This document shows, piece by piece, positions 39,688-47,224 of a stretch of 64,000 bases of DNA (positions are counted from its first letter, which is position 1; each line of letters begins with the position of its first letter). The notes beneath the pieces were generated by a model, which saw nothing but the letters and a program-made list of their open reading frames with translations, did no database searches and was not told where the DNA came from. Made by a program: the position numbers and the translations under genes. The stretch comes from a virus: the IMG/VR virus record IMGVR_UViG_3300027863_000019, positions 32,001 to 96,000 of that record; one strand, given 5' to 3'.

Positions 39688-39828
39688 AATCAATTCGTGA
39701 TATCGATATAACAACCAAAGAAGGAAAGCTATTAATTATAACACTTTGTACTTGTCTGGGTTATATAAGCAAAACCCTCAATGAAGTTCTTGTCGAGATG
39801 GTTGAACTCGCGAAGCTGGCTTTCAAAG

Positions 39829-41646
39829 ATGAAAATTAAGTTCCTCTATGTAAGCGCTCAATACTTCCGCTCGTTTAAATCCTTTCATTTAGATTTACAA
39901 GCCGGAGGTATATCATTAGTACAAGGTGAGTTACTCGGAGACTTAGAGTCTGTTGAATCAAACGGTTCTGGTAAGTCATCCTTATTCTCAGCGATCTCAT
40001 GGGCGTTATATGGGAGGCTCCCGCACATTAGTGGTAAAGATGTTACTGGAGATGACGTAATTTCTTGGGGCACCAATAAAGGATGTTACGTTAAAGTAGC
40101 ATTTAAAATTGGTGATGATACTTATGAAGTTATAAGATTCCGTCAAGATCCAACTTATGGTAATAAAGTTCGAATTTGGCTTGGTGAAGATGAAAAGACT
40201 TTAGCATCGAATCCTCAAACTCAAAAACTAATTGAAGAGATTGTTGGAATCTCACAAGATCTCTTTGCTCAATTAGTTTATATTACCGATGCCTCTATGA
40301 GGAACTCTTTCTCGTTTGAAACTGATGCTAATAGAAAAAAGATTCTCGTTGATGTTTTACCGCACTTGAGACAGTTTGGTCAGGCAAGAGATAGAGTAAA
40401 AGACGCTCACGATGTCTTTAACGAGAATCATAAGCGCTTAAATCAAGAGCTTGAAACTCTCAATCAGATGATCGAAGCACTTCCAGATATGGCGGAGAGT
40501 AAAAAACAAAGTGCGTTAATTAGCGAGAGAATTGCAAAGCTTGAAGATCAGAGGATTGATTTGCAATCCAAGTTGACTGACTGCGAGAATTTAATTCTTG
40601 ATTGTACGAGAATTTTAAAAGAGCACGATTCCGCCTTAAAGGCAGCTTCAGAGTCTGAATCGTTGGCAAGAAAGAAGTATGAGATTGAACGCGAAAAGTA
40701 TAATCAGAAGGTCGCGCAACGTAAAATGATCGAACGAGATTACACTCGTTGGTTAAACGCGAAGGATGAATGTCCGGAATGTAGTCAAAAAATTCCCTTG
40801 CAGTTAAAGCAGATTCAACGTTCACATCATAAGTGTCAACTCGACTTAGAGATCATGTGTGAAGAAGCTTACCATTTATCCTGTATTGCATCTGAAGAGT
40901 CGTTACGTAAAGCTGAACATGATAAGAATGAAGTTTCTTTTGCATTCAATCGAATTGGCCAGGAGAAGAGTTCGTATGAACAAGAACGTGAGAGAATCTT
41001 AAATGCGATCGCACAAATAAAACAAGAGAAGGCGAATCTCGAAAATATCCGAACTCACCTAGAAAGTGAATGTCAAACAGCTGCTGATCGTCGTCGTGCT
41101 CTTGATTCACGCGTGAGTGAAATTCAACGTCTTCTAGAAACTGTGGCAGTTTATATTGATCCATTAAAGTTTTGGTTGCAGGGATTTGGTCCTAAGGGTG
41201 TAATATCATTAGCATTAAAACAAACCTTAGACCTTTTAACTGAGAGAACGAACCATTGGTTGTATAGATTGTGGCATGAGGGAGCTTCAATCGTTGTAGG
41301 TTTTCCTCAAGAAGATATATCAAAGATTACGGTCGACTTCATTATCAACGGCAAATCAGTTAATATCATATCTTTAAGCTCGGGACAAACGAGAAGATTA
41401 TGTCTCGCGCTATGCTTTGGACTTCGTGAAACGTTGCAATCATTGTCAGGGTGGCAAACAAATCTTTTAGTATTAGATGAAGTTTTTGATAGTCTCGATA
41501 ATGCTGGTAGATTACAAGTTCTTGAAAAGATGCGTGAGATAAAAGATACTTCAATCTTTGTTATTTCACAATTTCCACACGTATCTGGTCCAATCGATCA
41601 TATGATCAACGTCCAATACGATCATGGAGTTTCAAAAATTATATGA
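39829..41646 (+). CDS. SbcC/Rad50-like ATPase
   Basis: NGSGKSS, coiled coil with CPEC hook, LSSGQ, LDEVFD. Confidence 0.9.
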   Translation: MKIKFLYVSAQYFRSFKSFHLDLQAGGISLVQGELLGDLESVESNGSGKSSLFSAISWALYGRLPHISGKDVTGDDVISWGTNKGCYVKVAFKIGDDTYEVIRFRQDPTYGNKVRIWLGEDEKTLASNPQTQKLIEEIVGISQDLFAQLVYITDASMRNSFSFETDANRKKILVDVLPHLRQFGQARDRVKDAHDVFNENHKRLNQELETLNQMIEALPDMAESKKQSALISERIAKLEDQRIDLQSKLTDCENLILDCTRILKEHDSALKAASESESLARKKYEIEREKYNQKVAQRKMIERDYTRWLNAKDECPECSQKIPLQLKQIQRSHHKCQLDLEIMCEEAYHLSCIASEESLRKAEHDKNEVSFAFNRIGQEKSSYEQERERILNAIAQIKQEKANLENIRTHLESECQTAADRRRALDSRVSEIQRLLETVAVYIDPLKFWLQGFGPKGVISLALKQTLDLLTERTNHWLYRLWHEGASIVVGFPQEDISKITVDFIINGKSVNIISLSSGQTRRLCLALCFGLRETLQSLSGWQTNLLVLDEVFDSLDNAGRLQVLEKMREIKDTSIFVISQFPHVSGPIDHMINVQYDHGVSKII

Positions 41647-41876
41647 AACCGTTAATTTACTTGGCAGATCCTCATACGATTCCGGATCCCGTAGAGAATA
41701 CTCGTCGTGTTATTCAGAAGGTTGAAGAACTAACAAAGCTCGGCTTCGCGGATGGAGTATTTAAGACGTTGTGATTTAATGTATCGAATGAAAGGAATGA
41801 GTCCAGGATCAGATAAAGAAGAGAAGCTGGCAATTGAATTAAACATTCCTATAATTTATGAGAGTGAGGAATATAA
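41643..41876 (+). pseudogene. DUF4406/nucleoside deoxyribosyltransferase-like pseudogene
   Basis: MKPLIYLA...PDPVENTR..GF then, in another frame, LRRCD..R..G.SPGSD.E...A...IP; middle deleted. Confidence 0.55.
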
Positions 41877-42914
41877 ATGGATACAACAGCAAAACAAGAT
41901 CTCGTAAGGAATATGTTAATCGCGATTGGTGAAGATCCAACTCGTGAAGGATTGTTAGATACTCCGAAGCGAGTCGTAAAAGCCTGGAATGAAATGTTTG
42001 CCGGATATAGAATGAAGCCGGAAGACATCGCTACCACATTTGATGCAGATGGGTACAATGAGTTAGTTCTTTTAAAAGGAATTGAATTCTACTCTACGTG
42101 CGTCGCAGGCTTTACAATGGTTGAAACTCCGAAAGGAAGGATGCCCTTATTTGCTTTGCGCTCAGGCGATTGGATTTATTCATTTAATGAACAACTCAAA
42201 ACGTTTGAAGTTGAACGGTGCTTAAATCCTAGAGTGACTCAGAAGGATGTCGAAGTTTTAAGGGTTATTTCCGAAAAAGATACTTTATTGTGTACTCCAG
42301 ATCATAAGTTTTTAACTTATGATGGTTGGGTTGAAGCTAAAGATTTGCGTCCTGGAACTAGAATTATCTCTGTATATGAAGATCCAATAAGAAGAGCCGC
42401 AATGTTTAAAAAAAGAAGTGAGTCGGTTGCTGTATCGTGGGAGGGAAGACGCGCCGATAAAAATCATAAAATTTTAGGTGTCGATTCTTTCCATGAAAAA
42501 ATTGATGTTTGGTGCCTTGATGCACCTAAAAATCATAACTTTGTTGCGAATGGGATGGTCGTACACAATTGTGAACATCACATGTTAAGCTTTTCGGGGA
42601 AGGCACATGTTGGATATATTCCAAATGGAAAGATTATCGGGATCTCAAAGCTTGCGCGCATCCTCGACATCTTTGCCAAACGTTTGCAGATCCAAGAACG
42701 AATTGGTCAACAAGTAACTCGAGCAATTAACGATTTGCTTGATCCAGTCGGTTCTGCTTGTATCATCGAAGCACAACATCTATGTATGAGATGTCGAGGA
42801 GTTGAGAAGCAAGAGTCAGTAATGATCACGAGTAGCTTAACTGGAGTCTTTCTCGAACACTCCGATAGAGGATTAGCAGCTCGCGCAGAACTGATGAGTT
42901 TAATAAGAGGTTAA
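41877..42914 (+). CDS. folE: GTP cyclohydrolase I, intein-containing
   Basis: GEDPTREGLLDTPKRV, [intein]CEHH, GISKLAR, QIQER, HLCMRCRG. Confidence 0.93.
   Translation: MDTTAKQDLVRNMLIAIGEDPTREGLLDTPKRVVKAWNEMFAGYRMKPEDIATTFDADGYNELVLLKGIEFYSTCVAGFTMVETPKGRMPLFALRSGDWIYSFNEQLKTFEVERCLNPRVTQKDVEVLRVISEKDTLLCTPDHKFLTYDGWVEAKDLRPGTRIISVYEDPIRRAAMFKKRSESVAVSWEGRRADKNHKILGVDSFHEKIDVWCLDAPKNHNFVANGMVVHNCEHHMLSFSGKAHVGYIPNGKIIGISKLARILDIFAKRLQIQERIGQQVTRAINDLLDPVGSACIIEAQHLCMRCRGVEKQESVMITSSLTGVFLEHSDRGLAARAELMSLIRG
42099..42569 (+). mobile_element. mini-intein (157 aa, no endonuclease)
   Basis: CVAGFT start, CTPDHKF, HNFVANGMVVHN|C. Confidence 0.92.
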
Positions 42915-43059
42915 AAGGAAAAAAGTGGGTGTCTCCGGTATATGATTATGTCAACTTTTTGATGCAGCTTTTGCTCACTATACTTTTTCCCTTTTAATAG
43001 CATCTAAAACCATTGATAATTTATTTATCAATTGCAGGAATACTGAAACAAATGTAAAA

Positions 43060-43215
43060 CACGGAAGTGAGGAAAGCGTTACTTCTATGACGAGGTCTGA
43101 GAAAATCGGACTTACTGCTCCACAAGTGGAGCTCCAGAAGCACAACCGAGAGATGCGCGTTAGCGTTAGGAACTCGTGATTAATGTATCTAAACGCTTTT
43201 CAATTTTTCTCCGTG
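43060..43215 (+). ncRNA. Y-RNA-like unit 1 (multi-branch cargo)
   Basis: cacgga/tccgtg and ggaaagcgtt/aacgcttttc stems, AGUGA and ACUUC motifs. Confidence 0.75.
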
Positions 43216-43229
43216 CTTCCTTAAAAGGA

Positions 43230-43307
43230 TTTAAATTGTAAGTTTGGGGTTACTTCGTGCATAGGAAAAAACCTTGATCACAATTTCTCCCAATCTTACA
43301 ATTTAAA
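43230..43307 (+). ncRNA. Y-RNA-like unit 2 (degenerate 5' side)
   Basis: tttaaattgtaag/cttacaatttaaa, ttggggtt/aaccttga, ACUUCG, UUUCUCC. Confidence 0.55.
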
Positions 43308-43311
43308 ATAA

Positions 43312-43390
43312 AGGGTAGTGAGATTAGGCTTACTTCGCACATATGCTCATAACACGTCAGTGCTTAAACAAGCCTTTTCATTTTACTCCT
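43312..43390 (+). ncRNA. Y-RNA-like unit 3 (CAU anticodon stem-loop cargo)
   Basis: GGUAGUGA-gattaggctt-ACUUCG...aagccttttc-auuuuacuccu; internal atatg-CUCAUAA-cacgt. Confidence 0.75.
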
Positions 43391-43420
43391 ACCTATTTTA
43401 CCTAAGAGAGGTATAAACAA

Positions 43421-43501
43421 ATGGCTGGACCTAAAGGCGGTAAAGGTGGCGGAGGTAAAGGTGGCGGAGGTAAAGGTGGCGGAGGTGGTAAAGCCTGTTA
43501 A
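43421..43501 (+). CDS. 26-aa Gly/Lys-rich peptide
   Basis: MAGPKGGKGGGGKGGGGKGGGGGKAC; gagg RBS; 15-bp tandem repeat x3. Confidence 0.5.
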   Translation: MAGPKGGKGGGGKGGGGKGGGGGKAC

Positions 43502-43510
43502 TAAGTTGTT

Positions 43511-43583
43511 ATCCTTTTGTAGGGTCTGAATACCGGATGAATCCGGCTTTCTAAAAGCCCTCTGAAGCTGAGGGAGCATTCAC
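43511..43583 (+). mobile_element. IS200/IS605 right-end repeat (copy 5)
   Basis: ccggat-ga-atccgg hairpin + aagccctctgaagctgagggagcattcac. Confidence 0.7.
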
Positions 43584-43588
43584 TAGTG

Positions 43589-43664
43589 TGAGGTAGTGAC
43601 GTTTAGGGTTACTTCGGTAAAGCAACTGTTCGAAAAAACAAAACCCTTTACACTTTTCTCCTCA
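43589..43664 (+). ncRNA. Y-RNA-like unit 4
   Basis: tgagg/cctca, gtttagggtt/aaccctttac, ACUUCG, UUUUCUCC. Confidence 0.75.
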
Positions 43665-43683
43665 ATACTTCGCAGGATTTGAA

Positions 43684-44031
43684 ATGGGTAACCTTAGTCA
43701 TTGCTGTCCGTTTTGTGGAACTCCAGTTACGGTAGTTGGGCCTTGTGAGAAGTGTATGCCTAAATCACCCGAGCAGATTTTGCAAGGAGCTATAAGAGAA
43801 GATCCTATATTACAACAGAGTATCGTGGCAACAGAAGGTGATGAACTAAAGGATATTATTTTTAACTACGTCAACGCCCAGCCTGAGAAGCGGCTTCACC
43901 TTGATACAATCATTGCACGAATTAAAGGTGCTATGCCGAACGAGCACACAGGAAGTGTAAAACGCGCACTAAGATTTTTGCTTGATGAAGGGCGCGTAAA
44001 GCAAATTCAAGAAACTATAGTAATCAATTAG
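43684..44031 (+). CDS. Zn-ribbon + winged-helix-like hypothetical protein
   Basis: CPFCG...CEKC; VKRALRFLLDEGRV. Confidence 0.6.
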   Translation: MGNLSHCCPFCGTPVTVVGPCEKCMPKSPEQILQGAIREDPILQQSIVATEGDELKDIIFNYVNAQPEKRLHLDTIIARIKGAMPNEHTGSVKRALRFLLDEGRVKQIQETIVIN

Positions 44032-44164
44032 GAAGTGAGGAAACGGCTACTTCGACTAGGAACCGCCATTGTAGGTTCGAGTCCTACTCTCCCGATCATG
44101 GCGGGAGATGGTGAAATTGGTAATCACAGCGGAATAGAAAAACCGTTTTCATTTTTCTCCTAAT
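44027..44164 (+). ncRNA. YrlA-like Y RNA (unit 5) with circularly permuted tRNA domain
   Basis: T arm gtagg-ttcgagt-cctac, closed acceptor tctcccg/cgggaga, D arm gtga/tcac with GG, ccgc/gcgg, all inside the shared scaffold. Confidence 0.88.
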
Positions 44165-44264
44165 GTAGTTGTGAGAGGTCTTACGAAACGAAAGCAATTA
44201 TATTTATATTAAGTCTCGCCCTTTCTAGTATCATTTGGGTGGCAGTACGACTTCATTAACTTGA

Positions 44265-44341
44265 TGCGGATTGGAGAAGCGGTCTATCTCGTTTGGTTCA
44301 TAACCAAAAGATCACCGGTTCGAATCCGGTATCCGCTACCA
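44265..44341 (+). tRNA. tRNA-Met(CAT), initiator-like
   Basis: Full cloverleaf, loop ttcataa, encoded CCA, U1.U72 mismatch, A11-U24. Confidence 0.92.
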
Positions 44342-44347
44342 AATTTT

Positions 44348-44421
44348 AAATTGGGAAGTGAGGGTTGAGTTACTTCGATCATTGGTGACCGTTAACACTC
44401 AACTCGGTTTTCTCCCAATTT
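44348..44421 (+). ncRNA. Y-RNA-like unit 6
   Basis: aaattggga/tcccaattt, gggttgagt/actcaactc, AGUGA, ACUUCG. Confidence 0.78.
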
Positions 44422-44433
44422 TCTTTGAACGCT

Positions 44434-44460
44434 CTCCAGGTAGTGAGTTGAGATACTTCG
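44434..44460 (+). ncRNA. Y-RNA-like unit 7, 5' half (interrupted)
   Basis: ctccaGGUAGUGA-gttgagat-ACUUCG running into a tnpB remnant. Confidence 0.55.
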
Positions 44461-44567
44461 ACACTATTAATGCGGCTAAAAATATCCTGGCCCTGGGAAT
44501 GCAGGGCTTGAGGCTGGATTCATCCAGCTCTCTAGAAGCCCTCTGCTTCAGCTGAGGGAGCATTCAC
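44460..44567 (+). mobile_element. tnpB 3' remnant + IS200/IS605 right end (copy 6)
   Basis: Encodes DTINAAKNILALG (TnpB C-terminal NAAxNI motif), then two hairpins and TTCAC end. Confidence 0.8.
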
Positions 44568-44777
44568 CGTCGCTGAAAAGAAAGAAACGAAGCGCAAAGC
44601 GGCATTCGGAAATACCATGAGTAATTCCGCTCTCAAAGAACTTCTTTTGATACCACTGCTTCAGATCGGAATTCAAAAGCCAAAATTCGTAGAAGAGCAG
44701 CAAGATTTTTTGACTACTGTCGTTTACCTCTTAACAAATTTGATTTTGAAACGCTTTAAATCTAATTTTTGAGGAAT

Positions 44778-45131
44778 ATGAAAATGTTAGAAAGTACATT
44801 CTCCAACGAGCTTCAGGGTGAACAACCTAATTTCGCTCCCGCGGCACCCGTTCTTTCAGGCATCACTTTCGTGGGACGAGTGGCAAAGATTCAGGTTTCG
44901 TTGCCTATCGCTGATGCAGATGGTGGTGCTTTGACTGGATTGGCTGCGGTGAATGTGTTCTATAAGAACGCTACATTCGTTGGTTCCGATCCTGCAACTG
45001 AACGTGCGGCTGGAACTCCGATAGTTACAGTTGCAATTACTCCTGAGCAAGCTGGCCAAGTGGTCGAAGTGGATATACCAGATCTTGAGTTTGGAAAGGT
45101 TTACTTCTTCGCCGCAACATGTAACGATTAA
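44778..45131 (+). CDS. hypothetical protein, beta-rich (fibronectin-III-like)
   Basis: gagg RBS before ATG 44778; PAAP...DL..G..YFF pattern. Confidence 0.55.
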   Translation: MKMLESTFSNELQGEQPNFAPAAPVLSGITFVGRVAKIQVSLPIADADGGALTGLAAVNVFYKNATFVGSDPATERAAGTPIVTVAITPEQAGQVVEVDIPDLEFGKVYFFAATCND

Positions 45132-45250
45132 TCCTGCTTAAAGCAAGGCTCCAATGGAAAGCCCTTTTTCAAATCAAAAGCAGGCAATGATCGTTCTTAT
45201 GCCTTGGCCTTGGTGTGTGATCTACGCCTGGATCATCAGATGGTGGCACA

Positions 45251-45268
45251 AGCTGAGGGAGCATTCAC
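45251..45268 (+). mobile_element. truncated IS right-end repeat (copy 7)
   Basis: agctgagggagcattcac. Confidence 0.65.
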
Positions 45269-45289
45269 ATTCTTCCTGGAGGTGCTGAA

Positions 45290-46753
45290 ATGGCAAAATT
45301 CAACAGGAAAGTGTTATCACCAACATTAACAACTAACCTTGCAGGTGGTGAAGCTTATCAAGTGTCACCACAGTTGCAGTTCGTAACGACCCTGCTAACT
45401 TCATTCGCCGAAGACCAGTATTACCGGAAGGCAAGTGGAGCAGTCCGGACTGTTCGGTCTCTGATCGATCAGTTCCCGGATAAGTTGTTCGCGGCTAAGG
45501 CTGCGATCTTTGCTCGCAATGAGTTTGGAGTGAGATCCATTACTCACGTCGTTGCGGGTGAGATTGCCAATCGAGTTAAGGGAATCGGCTGGACCAAGCG
45601 GTTCTTCAATGCCGTTGTAAGGCGTCCGGATGACATCCTGGAAATTCTAGCTTATTACCTTGCAACTTATGGCAAGCCACTGCCAAACTCCTTGAAGAAA
45701 GGGTTGGCGGCTTCTTTCGACAAGTTCGACAAGTACCAGCTGGCAAAGTATCGCGGCGAGTCTCATAGCGTATCCCTCGTGGATGCGGTGAACTTAGTGC
45801 ACCCAAAACCGGTTGCCAAGAACGCGGAAGCGTTACGACAGCTGGTTAAGGATGCCCTGAAGTCCACTGAGACTTGGGAAGCGAAGTTGACCACTGCTGG
45901 ACAAGCGGCTCAAACCGAAGCGGAAAAGGAAGAGTTGAAGTCCCAAGCTTGGACTGAGTTGATTCGTGAGAAAAAGCTCGGGTACTTCGCGTTGCTCCGT
46001 AACCTACGGAACATCGCGCAGCAAGCTCCAGAGATTCTGGAAGATGCGCTGTCAATGCTGGTTGATCCGCAGCTCATCGAAAAGTCTTTGGTTCTTCCGT
46101 TCCGGTTTGGTACCGCATACAAGGAAATGGCTTTGGCTCGGAAGTCAGCCAGCACCAAAGCTGAAGTTTCCTTGTATGATAAAGTAGCGGGGGCTCTTGC
46201 AACGGCTGCTAGCATTTCTTTGAACAATGTGCCTAAGCTGCCTGGCAAAACCCTTGTGGCCTTAGATGTGTCGGGATCTATGGAAGGCAAACCTTTCGAT
46301 ATCGGATCCATGTTCGCTGTAGCTTTGGTAGGTGCGATGAAGGCGGATCTTATTATTTTCTCTAACTCCGCCAAGTACCTCAAACTGACCAAGACTGGAG
46401 ATATCTTCGAGAACATCGATTACATCTACAAGCATTCCGACTTTGGCGGAACTGACTTTCACTCAGTCTTCAGAACCGCCAAACATGCGTACGATAGAAT
46501 CATCATCCTGTCGGATATGCAGGCTTGGGTCGGGTATTATACACCAAAGGAAAGCGTGAAGGCCTTCAAGAAAGCCACTGGCGCCGATCCGCTAATCTAC
46601 TCCTTTGACCTGCAGGGTTATGGGACTCTGCAATTTCCAGAGTCAAAGGTATTCGCGCTGGCTGGATGGAGCGATAAGGTGTTTGACATCATGAAGATTT
46701 TAGAAACTGATCGTCAAGCCCTCATCAACACCATCAATGCTGTAACCTTCTAG
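45290..46753 (+). CDS. Ro60/TROVE domain RNA-binding protein (Rsr-like)
   Basis: NLAGG.AY, R.DD, KFD.YQLAKY, HPKP, TWE, ALLRNLRN, LPFRF, vWA DVSGSM and ILSDMQ. Confidence 0.93.
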   Translation: MAKFNRKVLSPTLTTNLAGGEAYQVSPQLQFVTTLLTSFAEDQYYRKASGAVRTVRSLIDQFPDKLFAAKAAIFARNEFGVRSITHVVAGEIANRVKGIGWTKRFFNAVVRRPDDILEILAYYLATYGKPLPNSLKKGLAASFDKFDKYQLAKYRGESHSVSLVDAVNLVHPKPVAKNAEALRQLVKDALKSTETWEAKLTTAGQAAQTEAEKEELKSQAWTELIREKKLGYFALLRNLRNIAQQAPEILEDALSMLVDPQLIEKSLVLPFRFGTAYKEMALARKSASTKAEVSLYDKVAGALATAASISLNNVPKLPGKTLVALDVSGSMEGKPFDIGSMFAVALVGAMKADLIIFSNSAKYLKLTKTGDIFENIDYIYKHSDFGGTDFHSVFRTAKHAYDRIIILSDMQAWVGYYTPKESVKAFKKATGADPLIYSFDLQGYGTLQFPESKVFALAGWSDKVFDIMKILETDRQALINTINAVTF

Positions 46754-46756
46754 TCC

Positions 46757-46798
46757 TAACGGGTAGGAGATCTATGGGTCTCCTACCCGTTATTTTTT
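46757..46798 (+). terminator. rho-independent terminator
   Basis: taacgggtaggaga/tctcctacccgtta followed by T6. Confidence 0.8.
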
Positions 46799-46819
46799 GC
46801 TCTAATTGAGGATCCAGAC

Positions 46820-47134
46820 ATGGAACCAGTGTTGAGATCGAAAGCGCGTAGAGTTTCAATACAAACTTTGAAGGAACGTGACCTTGAATGGAAGAAGCTT
46901 ATGGATCAAAGTCATAGTTATGAATTAGATGAAGACTGCATTCGAGCTCACGTTTTAAACATGTTAGGACTTCTTAGTGAAGTCGATCTTCCTCAGGTAC
47001 TTCATGCTCGAATTGTTTGGGAAGAGCTGCAGGAAGGTGCTACAGGTCAAGTTCATCCTAATGTTGCTGAAGCAAGAAAAAGAGTTGAGATTTTAAAGAA
47101 AGAGGTGGAATCTAGTGCAGATGAATCAATTTAG
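46820..47134 (+). CDS. hypothetical protein
   Basis: ORF with gagg RBS. Confidence 0.6.
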   Translation: MEPVLRSKARRVSIQTLKERDLEWKKLMDQSHSYELDEDCIRAHVLNMLGLLSEVDLPQVLHARIVWEELQEGATGQVHPNVAEARKRVEILKKEVESSADESI

Positions 47135-47224
47135 AAGATAGATGAATGGTGGAATCTACGTAATTCAAAACTTAATTAACCATCAAGTTTATATTGGTAA
47201 TGTGGAATCGAAAGTATTTGGAGA

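Noticed and set aside
42914-42996. Imperfect long hairpin before the array as a possible unit 0
   Set aside because: Pairing is mainly low-complexity A/T runs, and the AGUGA and ACUUC motifs are absent.
43364-43579. Minus-strand ORF with TFTSA repeats
   Set aside because: Antisense shadow of the 15-bp repeat; the plus-strand peptide has an RBS.
43060-44460. CRISPR array interpretation of the repeated GTTACTTC units
   Set aside because: Repeats are not identical, spacing is irregular, flanks covary as RNA stems, and no cas genes are present.
44358-44555. 65-aa ORF
   Set aside because: Chance read-through across Y units 6-7 into a tnpB fragment.
45290-46753. Higher GC of the TROVE gene as evidence of recent transfer
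   Set aside because: Capsid and early genes look similarly GC-richer, so expression-related codon bias explains it equally well.
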